Positions 24,001 through 37,100 of a stretch of DNA of 64,000 nt are shown here, piece by piece. Source of the DNA: Selaginella moellendorffii (lineage: Eukaryota; Plantae; Lycopodiophyta); assembly GCF_000143415.4 (NCBI RefSeq), contig NW_003314352.1:687282-751281 (forward strand). Reading direction: 5' to 3'. Within the stretch, counting starts at the first letter, position 1. Every line of letters begins with the position of its first letter. Under the pieces are notes generated by a model. That model was not told where the DNA came from. It searched no databases and was given only the letters and a program-made list of their open reading frames with translations. The translations under genes were made by a program, and so were the position numbers.

Positions 24001-27000
24001 TTGGTACTTCCTCTTGTAGGATGGATGCTTTGGTTGACTTTGGTTCTGGAAGCAACATTATCTCTTTCAAAGCTGCCCTTTCAGCACAGCTATAGATCAC
24101 CAAGTGCTCTTCCATCGTGCTCAAGACCTTTGCCAACCACACTATTCCTCCAACGGGCATTTGCTGTGGTGTCAAGGTCTTAGTGCAGGGTGTTATTTCT
24201 AAGATAGATTTCCTTGTGGTTGACTACCAACGTCTTGGAACGTCCTCTTTGAAGGACCTTATCATCCTTGGCCGCTTATGGCAAGTCACAGCCCATTGCA
24301 CCATTGACAGCGTATAGGGCAAGATAGAAATTAGCGATGGAACCTATAGTGCCACCTTTCTCAACAACCACGGTAGAGCTCTTTCTCAGCAAGCCTAGCA
24401 GGCTCAGAATCAGATGGCCTCCACACCACATTTCCCTCCTAAGCTCACAGAGATTTTTCTTGAGTTGGCGGTGGAGTCGACCATCTATATGACGAATGCT
24501 TTCTCCTGAAATGCGATTGACATGGTTGGAGGTGAGTCAGATAGCCCAAGACATCTCTCAGCTTCACTCTCTTTATTTGAGAGTAAGGCCGAGCCTCTAG
24601 CCACGCCCTCTTTATTTGATGGCGGGGCTTATAGAGTATGGGCTCCCATATCCAACTTTTTGGTGTGTTTATTGATAGAGGAAGGGCTCCTTGATTTGTT
24701 TCTTGCATGGGACCAACTCCCTCTTATGGAGCTTGACGACATGGTCACTCCAAACCAGGTCCATCTTGTGCAGGACACAGCCAAACTCAATCCTCCTCAG
24801 CAACTATCTGAGGTGTCACACAGCCAGCATCTTCCTACAAAAATCGCAGTAGCTGATGACTCCGAGTGTATTTTGTCATGCCATTTGTTGATGGAAGAAG
24901 ACATCCAGACACACAACTGGCAAAAAGAATCAAACCAATTGGCGTGCTGCATGCGAGTTATAGCTCTTTAAGTTCAAAATTTCCTACCGTGGAGCCCCTG
25001 GTACTCCAACCACTAGAACGACAACTCCCTTTCGAAATTTACATCATAACGGGTACAGAGGCTTTTGGAGTATGCCTTTGCCAATGTTCACAGCCTGGAA
25101 AGCCACCACATGCAACATATTATGCCTCACATTCGTTCAAGGAGACCGAGAAGAAGTACGTGGATGCGGAAAAAAAGGCAGTGGCTGTTGTTTACACCTT
25201 GGAGCGATTTCGTCACTTTCTCGCTGGAGCCTATATCCATTTCCAAGTCTATTTTAATATGCTAACCTTTCTTTTACAGCGACCGGTTCACAGTCCTCAT
25301 ACTTTATCTTGGATTGTGAGCATCCAAGAGTTCCAGCCAACTTTTCACATGCGGCGGAAGCGTGTGATGGATCCAAGTGAGTTCCTGGTTGCTAAAGCTA
25401 CTTCCTTTGTGGTCCCAGCAGCATTACAGGACATTGTAGTGTACCTGGATTTAGGTCAGTTCCCAGCAGATTCCTCACCAGTACAACAAAAGGCATTGGA
25501 GATCCGAGCACGGGGGTTTTGCCTTCTTGATGGACACCTTTACAGAAGGACTTCTCAGGAAGTTTTGTTGCGGTGTGTGGGTGAACACGAGGTCCCTGAG
25601 CTCCTTCGCGCTTTCCAATCTTGTGCGGGGCATTTATCGGGACAGGTCACAGCACAGCTCCTTTTGCGCCATGGCTACTTTTGGCCTCGGATTCACCAGG
25701 ACAGCTTGGCCTATGCAAAGGTATTGAGCAGCGCCAACAGTTCCAACCCCTGGAGCCATGTTCCATGTCTTCCTTTCCAGCTCATCACTTCTCCGAGTCC
25801 CTTTTTCCAGTGGGCACTTGACTTCGTCGGCCTGATCAACCCACTGAGCTTAAAAGGGCAGCAATACATCATCGTGGCAATGGACTATTTCACAAAATGG
25901 GTTGAGGCCACCCCTCTGCAACAAGCAGATCAACAGTCTACAGCAAAGTTTGTCTATGAGTACATCATTTGCCAATTCAGAGTTCCCACTGTTTTGATTT
26001 CCGATCGAGGCAGCAGCTTCCTTGGACAGGTGATGTAGCATCTTCTCCAGCAGCTACAGGTCAAGCACGGGAAGAGCAGCAGCTATTATCCTGAGTGTAA
26101 TGGCCAAGCAGAGTCCAGCAACAAGATATTGAAGACAGTCATCTCAAAGCTTGTGGAGGATCACCCAAGGCGTTGGCACGAACACTTGGTTATGGCATTG
26201 TGGGCCTTTCAGTCATCCTTCAAGACATCCATCTCTGCGACCCCAGTCTCCCTTGTCTATGGGACAGAGGCCGTGCTTCCAATGGAGATCCAAGTGCCAT
26301 CACTCTCACTCTCACTTTGATACGTAGCAGGGATGCAGTTGAGCGATGAGGACAAGCTTCATGCACTTGACTTGGAGGTTCTTGCCTTGGAAGAACAGTG
26401 ACGATCCACGATTGAACATCTCCTTCGAGGCAAGCAGAAGATCAAGTCAGTCATTGATCACTAGTGGTCTGCTGAACCATTTGAGGATGGCGACCTTGTT
26501 CTACTCAAGGAATTTACGCCACCTTCGAAGTTCTCCCCTCGTTGGACCAGCCCCTACTTTGTCCAGCGACACATAACAGGTGGAGCATATATGATATATG
26601 CTAGTTGATGCTGATGGAAGTGAGCTCCCACACGCTCACAACCACTCTCATCTCAAACGCTTCATCCGGTGAGGCGTTCCTCTTCTCTTCTTTTTCTTTT
26701 TCTTCCTTTCTTTCACTTTACTTTCATGGCTACTTTTCATACTTTCAGAGGGTGTTTCTCCATTGGACCATGGCCCATACCTTGGATTTCATGCTCAAGC
26801 TGCATTACCATTTGTATGGAGGTTCCTCGCTTGGCCCGGTCTATGTTCCAGGTTCTTTGGCCCTTCCCTTACCATCAATACACCCCACACATTCCTCTCA
26901 CTCATTCCATATCATCTACACTCACAGTTCCATCACCAATCACTTCGAGCAGCATTGCTCACACTTATCTCTAGATGCCCGTCTTGCATCTTTCATTCTT

Positions 27001-28231
27001 TCACCATCATTCACATTTCCATTTGTTACATTTACACCATACCACAAACACACATACGTGCACCAGCAGCAAAAGACACCACCTCATTTGGACGTGCTAT
27101 TTCTGAGATACCCTTACGACCATTTACTAACAATGTGCTAGCTTTTCTGGAGCTAATTTCTTCCAACCAGGTGAACCTGTTCACTCAAGACACCTTGGTG
27201 GATCTTTAGGTGAGGCCACAGAAGCCGAAGCCACTTTCTTCTGCTCCAGCAGTCAGTGGACACATGCCACCTCTCTTTACCGGCAACCCAGCAACTACGC
27301 CGTCCTTTTCAGCTGCTGTCTTCTTCAGTCCGACACATCAGACCATTGGCCTAACACTTTGAGAGATGGCCACCTTCTCGGCGCTCCACTATATCACTCC
27401 ACCATATCGGTGCTGGAGCAGGCGCAGGAGTAGGAGCGAGAGCAGGTGGTTACTGGTTACAGGTTACCGGTCCCCAGTTACTGGTTACCAGTTCCCAGTT
27501 ACCAGTTACCAACTACTCCGAGAGGTCAGCGCTTACTCTACAGGCCAATGGTTATCAATGGCCACCTTTTCAGAGTGCCACCACCATCTCGGCGGTCCAC
27601 CATATCACTCCATCTTTCATCATTTCCACACTTACCACCCTTGGGCAACGCATCCCCTCTTCTACCTCTCTTTCTTTCTCGATTTTGGCCAATCTTTGGA
27701 GCATACCGGAAGTCATTAAGAGGCTGCATTTGCATATTACACTTTCCTGAGCCGAAATCCAAGTACGGGTTAAGTTCTTTAAGTACTCATTCTTTTTCCC
27801 CTATTTTTCTCCTTTCTTTTCACACTTTTTCTGGACTTTTTCTTCAACTTTAGGGTCCAGTTTGACTATAGGGTTTCCCACCGGATTTTCCTCACTATCT
27901 CCAAACTTCACACCTACCTCTTTTCTTTCTTTTCTACTTTGTTTTCCAGAGTTTCTACTATTTCACATAGTTACTATCACTTGGCATCAGTAGCAGAGGT
28001 ACACTCTACACTCTTTGGAGGGTTCTCGCACATCTGGAGCCAGCGCGATCCAGTATGGTCGCATGTTAGGGCGTGGCCACCAAGAGAGAGAGGGAATATT
28101 CTGGTCCTCAAAATATTCCCCATCTTCCTTGTATAAAACCCTTGCCTCACAAGGGGGCATTTGCGAAGAGCATTGAAGCATTTCTCGTGTTTGAGTAAGC
28201 ATTGGGGGAGGCGCCCCTCCTTCCCCCAATA
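21068..28231 (+). mobile_element. Non-chromovirus Ty3/Gypsy element with very short LTRs, tRNA-Trp PBS and no recognisable RT
   Basis: LTRs 21068-21230 and 28064-28231; apparent 4-bp TSD atgt; PBS tggtgaatccgacatga; gag ~22540-23400; protease ALVDFGSGSN ~24030; RNase H ~24990-25350; integrase WALDFVG..DYFTKWVEA..SDRG 25810-26300; no RT motifs found between protease and RNase H. Confidence 0.88.
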
Positions 28232-29618
28232 ATGTTGCGATATAATGAGTTAATATTGTAAAAGGAAATGCTCATTGTCAAAGAATGTTATCATTGAAAT
28301 ACCTAAACACTCTAAAATATCAGATAGTGATGTTTGGTATCATAAGGGTATTAGATGAGGCCCAAAGGACTAAATCTCTGGCAAATAATGGATAGGAGGT
28401 ATTATTCAATATCTAACATTGTGGAGGTGGGAAAAGTATATTTATCAAAATTGAAAGTTAAAAGGATTTTGGCAAGGTTAGTGATAGGTATACAAAGACC
28501 TATGAGTAGCAATATTAATCTCAGTGTATAGGATTACAAGGTGAGTATATCTAGATTGAGGAACCACTCCCTAGACTATTGGGTAGATTATCCCAAAGAA
28601 TATTTACTAAGGTATAGTAGAAAGTGTAAAGTTATCTTTCTAACATAGAGGAAAATAATCGAAGGGAGCGTGTAAAGCCAAGAGCAAGTAATAAATGGAT
28701 AGAATTGAACAATAGAAATTAAAAGCCATAGTTAAAGGTGGTTATATAAATTGTGAGTGGAGAATTAAATGGGTGCTTGGAGATGTTGTTACTAGCAATT
28801 GTGGTGCTATAGAAAGTTTAAAGTATGGAATTACCCATATTAGACTATACGGCAGTTACAAAGCTTGCAAAAGGAGAAGCCTTAACAAGCTAAGAGACAA
28901 AATCCCTTTAATGTTCCCAAATATAATTTTAGGTAAGTTGGTACTTGAAAAATAAGTGTAAATGGTTTAAAGAAATGCATGAAATTGAAGTGGCATAATA
29001 GAAGCATGGCCTTGAAGCTTGCCATGAGCTCTGATACTACATGAAAATTAGGGGAGTTGTGGTGAAGTTATACTGCAATTTTGTTGCAAGTGTGAGAGAG
29101 AATTTAGTGAAGAGCTAGCTACGACGATCTGCTGTTATGGTTATAAAGAGCCAAAGGGCTTTTGTTGACATTGATCTTGTGTTGGCACAGTAATTCTCGT
29201 CCTAGAACAAGCTACTGAACATATGAGGTAATTAAAAACTAACTCGAGACCTTTAATCCTTAATGTGAATGGCCGTGAGTAAAGATAGACTTAACATCAC
29301 TAGAATACTCTAAGTCTTGAGAAAATGGATATGCATTGGTGATAAGCTAGAATATAATAGAGATAGGGATAAAGGTCAAGTGCTAACTCTCCCCCATAAT
29401 TACTCTTACATGGTGGCAATTGCCACTTCTTCTTGAGTCTTGACTGTCAAGATTGTAACCTTGAGTGTCAAGGTTATAATCTTGACTGTCAAGAAAATGC
29501 TCAAATGGATGGTTAATCTATTGTGCTTTACTCTCTTATAACTGAATGGAGCTTTGTCTTGAGGCTCCTACTGCTCCATTGTGTCAGTTGGCTTTGTTGG
29601 TGATGAATTTCTTGTGAG

Positions 29619-29663
29619 TTTGACCATTTCTCGATTTGTGTGTGTCATCCTTGCACAGAGGTC

Positions 29664-29695
<32 letters not shown>

Positions 29696-29715
29696 TTTAG
29701 TGTCTCCGAAGAGAC
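29619..29715 (-). pseudogene. U6: U6 snRNA retrocopy (near full length, no poly-A tail)
   Basis: Minus strand reads gtctcttcggagaca..aaaattggaacgatacagagaagattagcatg..gcaaggatgacac..aaatcgagaaatggtc (ACAGAGA box, AGC triad); flanked by the 15-bp direct repeat cttgtgagtttgacc (29611-29625/29721-29735); no U6 promoter context. Confidence 0.93.
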
Positions 29716-30349
29716 GATTGCTTGTGAGTTTGACCTTGAACTTGTTGAGTTGTTAGTGGAACTCTTCGTTATCGTTGTTTTCCTCATTGTGCTCACTTTC
29801 ATTATTATCTTCCATTATTGTGGGCTGCTTTGCCTTCAGAATGCAAATCTCACTGTGGAGCTTTGCATTTTCTTTAGCAAGCTGGTTGTTGATGTGCTGT
29901 GTCTCTGCACATACTGTCCCCTGGAAGGACATACCTCTAGGGTTAGGGTTCTTGAATTCTTTATTTTTCTTTAGTTTCTTTTTTCTTTAGTCTTTATCAT
30001 GGTTATTTTTTCTTCAAGTTTGAATGGCTTCAAGTGTCCAAATTACTTATAGTCTTTCTTCGTCAAGTTTTTCTAGCATTACTAATCTTCTCTTGATTGA
30101 TTCTTCTTGATTGATTTTGTAGTGTATATTTGCAATGAAGGAACATTGTACTGGAGTGGTGTCAAGGCTTCTAAGCCATAGGCGAGCTTGAATAGCATTG
30201 AATTTTTTCAAACCTTATATGCAATTCGATATGCCTATAGGGTGTTGTGGATGCAATCATCCCAATCTTTCTTATTTGTGTTTACGATTTTCTTGAGGAT
30301 GTTCTTGAGTGTCTTATTTGTAGAAAAAGATACCCGATTCACCCCGTGC

Positions 30350-30449
30350 NNNNNNNNNNNNNNNNNNNNNNNNNNNNNNNNNNNNNNNNNNNNNNNNNNN
30401 NNNNNNNNNNNNNNNNNNNNNNNNNNNNNNNNNNNNNNNNNNNNNNNNN
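30350..30449. other. Assembly gap (100 N)
   Basis: Run of N. Confidence 1.
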
Positions 30450-30897
30450 CGAGTCTAAGAGACTCAGGGGTTGTGAGTATCGTTCCTCTTCATTGGTTAA
30501 GCTTCAACTTATTTTATCATGTAGTTAGTCACTATGAGGATGTGTTTGTTCACTTGGAACTTGTTATAAATGGTCCAACGAAGTCAAGTGCCCATTGTTG
30601 AAATGGTTGCAGTGGTGTTGTTAGATGAAGCTCTTGAGTTTGTTTCTTTAGTGTGTACTTGGTTCATTGATAAATATCACATTCTTGACAAAATTTTACT
30701 AAGTTGTGCCAAAGTGTTGGCCACTAGAGTTCTGTTTGCCAAATCATGTGAGCTGTAATTTCTTATACAAAGTGGCCTTCTACTTGTCCACAATAGGCTT
30801 TTTCGAATGGATCTTGAGTTTCTTTAGGTTTTACATATCTTTGTAATACGTTGTCTTGTCCTTTCCTGTACAGTCTCTTACAACTGAATATGGTTTT

Positions 30898-31137
30898 TGT
30901 AAGCAACCAAAAGGAACGACTCGAAAGACAATCCATAGGGGTTCAAATATAGAGGGAAAGGGCCCATGAACAAGAGTGCACCCCTTTTTCCAATCAGTTA
31001 AGGGTCTTCGGATACTTAGGGTTAATCGTCCTTGGGTTTGAATAGTACTGGGCTGGTGACCTCCCGGGAAGTCCAAACTCAAGAGTCTACAGTTGGGCTA
31101 AGTGACCTCCTAGGAAGTCCAAATTCAAGAGTCTACA
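30898..31137 (+). mobile_element. Cassandra solo LTR with a duplicated 3' (C-box) end
   Basis: LTR 30898-31091 followed by a second copy of gtgacctcc..ggaagtccaaa..caagagtctaca ending at 31137; TSD gtttt flanks the whole. Confidence 0.88.
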
Positions 31138-34100
31138 GTTTTGTCCTCAAGACATGTCCATGTTATATTTTGGTTGTTTGCCAATTATAATGTGGCTAAG
31201 GTGGTCAGCTTGTTAATGTTGTTTACCGTGTTTGTGAATAATCTCAAAGTTATATTCTTGAAGTAGTAAGAACTATCAGACAATTCTACTGGTAAGGATA
31301 GTCTTGTTGAGGAGGTGTAGAAGTGCTTTGTGGTCAACTATAATCTTGACTTTAGTGCCGAGTAAGTAGTGTTGAAACTTTTGTAGTGTGTAGATCATTC
31401 ATAAGGCTTCTTTTTTGGTGGTGGTGTAGTTTGTCTCAGTTGAATTGAGTCTTTGGCTAGTGTAGTAGATTAGTCGATCTTTGAGGTCTTCTTGTTGTTG
31501 AGAAAGTAATGCTCCGATGGTGTAGTCAGAAGCGTCGACAAACTGGGACAAAGACTTCAACACACAAGTCGACGCCTCTGACTACACCATCGGAGCATTA
31601 TTGTCGATGCCTTCCAAGTATTGGAGCTCTTGCCAATGAATTCTTGAGCATGTCAAATGTTGAGAAGCTTTGTGAGGGGTTTTGCAATCTTCATGTAATC
31701 TTTGATGAAGCATTGATGGTATCCCATTTTGCCGAGGAAGGATCATAGTCTAGTGATGTTTGTTGGATGTTATATGTTGATGATGGCAAGTGTTTTGGCT
31801 TTACTGATGAGGATGCCCTCTTTGCAGATGATGTGTCCAAGTAGGATGTTGGATTTGATGAAGAAAGTAAATTTCTCGGGGTTTAAGGCGATGTTGTTCT
31901 TTCAACATTTGATGAAGCATTTCGATGTTGGAGATGTTGTTCTTTGCTACTAAAGACATTAAATTTATCCATAAAAACTTGCATGAAGTTGGTGAGGTAA
32001 TCTCAAAATGTGTCAGTAATGATTCTCCAGAAAGTAAATAGTGCATTAGAAAGACCAAAAGGCATTCATAGATAAGCATAAATGCCCCAAGGACTAATGA
32101 AGGCTGTCTTGTGCTATTCTTTGGGTGCAATATAAACTTAACTGTAGCCACTGAAGCTGTCAAGAAATGAGTACATTTCGTGTCTAGCTACTATATCGAG
32201 AATTTAATCAAAGAATGAAATCGGGAAGGTGTCTTTTCAGGTTGCATCATTGAGCTTTTTGTAGTTGATGCAAACTCTGAGTGTTCCGCTTTTCTTGGGG
32301 ACACTAAGAAGTGATGATAGCCATTCTGGGTTTTGAATTGGGTAGATGAAGTTGGCATTCTCAAGCTTGTCAAGTTCTTCTTTAACTTTCACTTGCATGT
32401 TGGGGTTCACTCGATAGGCCATTTATTTTCTTGGTATAGTTTGAGAAAGAAACTTGATTTGGTGCATATAGATCTTAGGAGGAATTCCTTGCAAGTCTGT
32501 ATATGACCAAACAAAAACATCTTTATACTTATTGAGAAGATTGATTACTTTTGTCTTGAAGTCAGGGTCAAAGTCTTTGGCAATATAAAACTTCTTTGGT
32601 TTGTATTCAGTTCCTAAGTCAATTTCTTCAGTTGACTCTTCAAAGTTGAGTGTTGATATGAGTCGAGTTCCTTCTTGTCAAAGTGCTAGGTCTTCTTCAA
32701 AATGGATTTGTTGATAAATCAATTAGAGTTGTTCAAGTTTGATTCTTGATTGATCTCATTGCTTTTTGATTTTAGTTGGTGTGTCAATGGGTGTTAAGTT
32801 TTCATGACTTGCAATCACATCCTCCTCAGTGGGTGAGTGATTGCCAATGATTGATCATTAGTTTGCAGCCACCAAGGCTAATTGACTTTGTTTTCTTGAG
32901 TATCATGGTGTGTTGTGCATTGTGTACTATTTTTCAAGATGACTCGGTTGAGATCAACTTTGATGAGAGGCTTTAACCCTAGATATGCCTTCAAGATTTG
33001 TGCTTCTTTGTAGTTATTGAGACTTTCATTCCAATTGTACTATTCGATGATGGTTGGTTGAAATTTCTTTGCAATCTTCTTTGTTATAGTTGTGGAGATT
33101 CAAGAGGCTTCTTGATGCTCTCCAAACGTAATTGTGTTCTTTTACTAGTATGTGACTACGTCAATTGTATTGAGTTAAGTTCTTCTGAGGAGTACTTCGT
33201 AGGAACTCTGGTCTTTCACCATCTTGAGTATGATGGAAGTCACTTTAAATTCTTGATCCTTGATTTTGATGGGAATATTGCACACAATTCCTAATGGTTG
33301 TACACTTCAATCATTAGCCATCTTGACGTTGAAGGGTGTAGGGTGGATTGGCCTAAGTCCTATTGCTTTGTAGGTTGAATACTCGATGATATTGACATTT
33401 GCACCGCCGTCGATGATTGTTTATGGAACTTTATTATTTCCTATCGTGATTGAGATGCATGGTACATCTTTGTCGAAGTTGCTAAGTTGGATGTTAGTGT
33501 TGTAGGACGAAGAGTTGTTGGTCTTTTTCTTGACTTGAATTTTTTGGTGGCGATGCTTGATATATCTTGAGAAGTTTTTTTCTCAAGTAGAGAGCGACTT
33601 GTAAAAGCTCTTAGAGGGTGAGTGTGATACCTTGTCGAAGAATGTTGGTGATGAGCTTTGGTTGTTCCTCTTTTCTTGACAACATTTGTGTTATGATTTC
33701 CTGATCGTCTTCAATTTCAGGTTGTTGTTATTAAAGGTTTTGTTGGATTGTGTTGAGTATCTTTTTGTTTTGTTGTCATTTGTGTCTTAAGATTTCTTGT
33801 ACTTCGTCTTGAAGGTGTTGTTCTTCAATTTCTTTATTGAGATCATCTTCAAGATTGTAGTGTTGTTTTTGACTTTGAGTTAAAGCTAGTACCTCAGGTT
33901 CATTTTGACAATGTTCATCTTGGACTAATTTGATATTGACATTTCTTGCTATTAGAGGAGGTTTTCGATTTTGTTGATTTTGCTGAGGAGGTTGATTTCC
34001 TTGATTTTGTTGTTGCTGATACTGAAGTTGAAATTCTTAAGTCTAAGGTTATTGTTGATAGTTGTTGCCAGGGAATTCTCAAAGTGGTGGATCATATTGT

Positions 34101-37100
34101 TGATTTTGCTGGTGGTAGTTTGGTTGGTGAGGAGGTGGTCTTCATTATCAATTGTTCTGGTATAATTGGTGAGAGTTGTTTTGTTAAGGAAGTAATCTCC
34201 ATTGTTGGTTGTCTCAATAAAGCTGTTGATATGGTTGTTAGTATGGTTGCTGATACTGATTATTTTAGTAGCTGTCATTGTATTGTCAATGGTATCTTAG
34301 GTTAGGATTATACATATCTTGATTTTGGTAGTTTGGCCTCCATTGTTGTTGTTGTTGTCGAGGTTGATTATAGTGTCTTATAGTTGGAGTTGGAGTTTAA
34401 AGTATGTTTTTTATTCGAGTTACTTTACCTGTTCCTTGGTATTGACAAATCTTTGTTGTATGTCCTTCTCTTTCACAGATTTGACACTTAGGAATTAATT
34501 CTATGGCAATGTGTCCTTCATTCTTGCATTTTCTACACTATACTCCCTCTTTAAGTTCGTTCTTGATTGTAACTTTCTTGAGTATTTTGGTGAGTTCTTG
34601 ATTATTCTTGTCTTTCTTCTTGACTTCAAGTTTGTATTCTTCTTCATCGTCAAAAGAGTCGTTGATTTTTAATGTTTCTGCTCTTGAAATTTTTCAGAGT
34701 TATTTTTTAAGGTTTTTGATTTCTTATAGATGTCATCAATGGTGTTCGTAATATTTGGATCTTCTTCCGTGCTTCCATTATTTGCTAATAAATCTTCTTC
34801 AACCCCTATACATACTAAATGTATTTACTTTGTTCAGTGAATAGATCTTTGCAGTGCTTTATGTGATATTTGAATCTTCGAGTATAGTTTTCAATGTCTT
34901 CTTTATTGCCTTGTTTGATGCTCTTGAGGTGTTCTTGGTGTTCGACTGTTGTGCCTCTGAGTTGATATTTGTCTTTAAATTTTTTAATCTTTTCTTTGTA
35001 CTTGAGTTTCTCTTCAAGGTTATAATACCATTTGAGTGTTTTGCTTTTGAGAGTGAAAGGAAAGAGAAGTGCTTCATCTGCTTATTGCTGATTAACTTTG
35101 ATGATGAGGTTGATTTGTTGGAGATGTCTTTCTACATCTTTGGTTTTACTTCCAGTGAAAATCAGGTAGATGATCATGTTGCCATACAATGTAACTGGGT
35201 TGATGAGTGCCATGTCTTTAGTGTTGCTTGGAATTTGTTCTTTAGGTGATGGTGGATATGATTGATAATTGTCCATGGTGTTTAGTGGTGGTATATCTTT
35301 GTCTAGTTATAAATCTTTTATTATGGCTACTTTTTTTAAAAATTCCTTGTTGTGTTAAGTTGTTATAAAGTAATTGTGGCCTACCTCTACATATGTTGTA
35401 TAAAATCTTGTGCATCCTCACTATGAGTGTCCATGTTCTCCAATTGATAGTGATATTTGAAAAGTCTAAGCTAAGTAGTGGTTGTATTCTAAGTGTTGTT
35501 ATTTTTGAGATTGTTGTTAAAACAAGTTTCCAGATTCTTGATTCTTTTATTCTTCTATCTTTGATCACAATCTATCTATCGAGGTATGGATTCCAGTAGA
35601 TTTCTTTAGCTAATAGTTGTAGTGTTTGGGGGTGTATCCAATGGTCTTTTGCCTAAGTTCCTCTTTATATTTCTTCATGTTGTAATTTGTGTATAGCTAT
35701 GCCGATAAGTGTAATGTATTTATTGAAGAATTGTCATCTGATGATTTCTTTGATTTGTTATAGTACAAAAGTTGGAAGTTTTTCGTAGATTTGTTATACT
35801 TTGTGTTGATTGTGATGTTGTTTTTCTTCTTTTTGGCAAATGTATTCTTGATCTAAGTAGATGTTAGAGATTTAGGAAAGTTCAAGGATGATTCTCCACA
35901 TATAAAATTCAGTTTTGTCTTGGATTTTTATAAACTTTTTGCAGTGGATGATGATTCCAGAGTGAATTAGTGCATGTGTTTCTTTTTTTGTTGATCGTAG
36001 ACTTTGTTGAAGATTCTTTCTTGAATCTTGAAAAACAAATTCTTGAGTGCCCTCAGGAGTCTTTTTGTATCCTGCAGTCAATAATGCAAAGCACTATAGT
36101 GTTAATCTCTTTGATTCTAATGTCATTTTCTTCCAATTCGATTTTATTGCTATCTTTCTTGATTTTCTTTGATGTGTGTTATTGTGCTTCTTTGAGTATT
36201 TTTTGGACTTCTCTTGGGATTATCTCGATGATGATTAAAGTAGGATTTCGAAGTCATGATATTGGGATTTTGGTGATGATTTGGATTGTTGTGTTGGTGA
36301 TTTCTAAAAGTCAGATTTTAACTCTTTGAGTCAATTTTTGATTTTTGAGTTCTTTGAGTTTATGGAAGAATTTAATTTTGTTGGTGAGGCAATTTAATTG
36401 GTCTTTGTTCCTTTATTTGTTATTGATGAAGCTATAATGTTTACAAATGTAAAGGAAGATAGTGGTGAGGTTTTTTGTTTATTGCTTCCTTCACTATCGT
36501 AAACTTTATTGACTCTCAATAAAACATTCCTGAGTGTTAGGAAAACTTTCTTGAATCTCGTAGTTTTGAGTGTTTTTGAATATCGGTTGTAACTACATCA
36601 ATTTCAGTGGAGACTTGCATACTGGTTTTCTACCATCTTTAATCGAATTAGGTAGTTCTTTTTTTGTTGGATTTCATTAAGATCTTCATGATTTCACTAT
36701 CTTCATATCTTTTTCTCCTCTTTAGTGTGTTTCTTCACATTTCCTGCATAGATTTTAGATCTTCTTATGATGTTTCCTATCCCACCGTGGTCATTAGTGA
36801 AAACTAGGGGAGTTGTAGTGAAGTTATGCTGCAATTTTGTTGCAAATGCAAAAGAAAATTTAGTGAAGAGTTAACTATGATAGTTTACTGCTGTGGTTGC
36901 AGAGAGTTAGAGGGCTTTTGTTGTCATTGATCTTGTGTTGGCACAATAATTTTTTCTCTAGAACAAGCTACTGAACACATGAGTTAATTAAAAATTAACT
37001 TGAGATCTTTGATCCCCAAGAAGGTTTATGTAAGTGGTTGTGAGTAAGGATAGACTTGACATCACTAGAATACTCCAAGTTTTGAGTAAATAGATATGCA

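Noticed and set aside
29619-29715. Functional U6 snRNA gene
   Set aside because: Embedded in a retroelement with a TSD, no upstream USE/TATA, no oligo-T terminator, and transitions in the internal stem-loop
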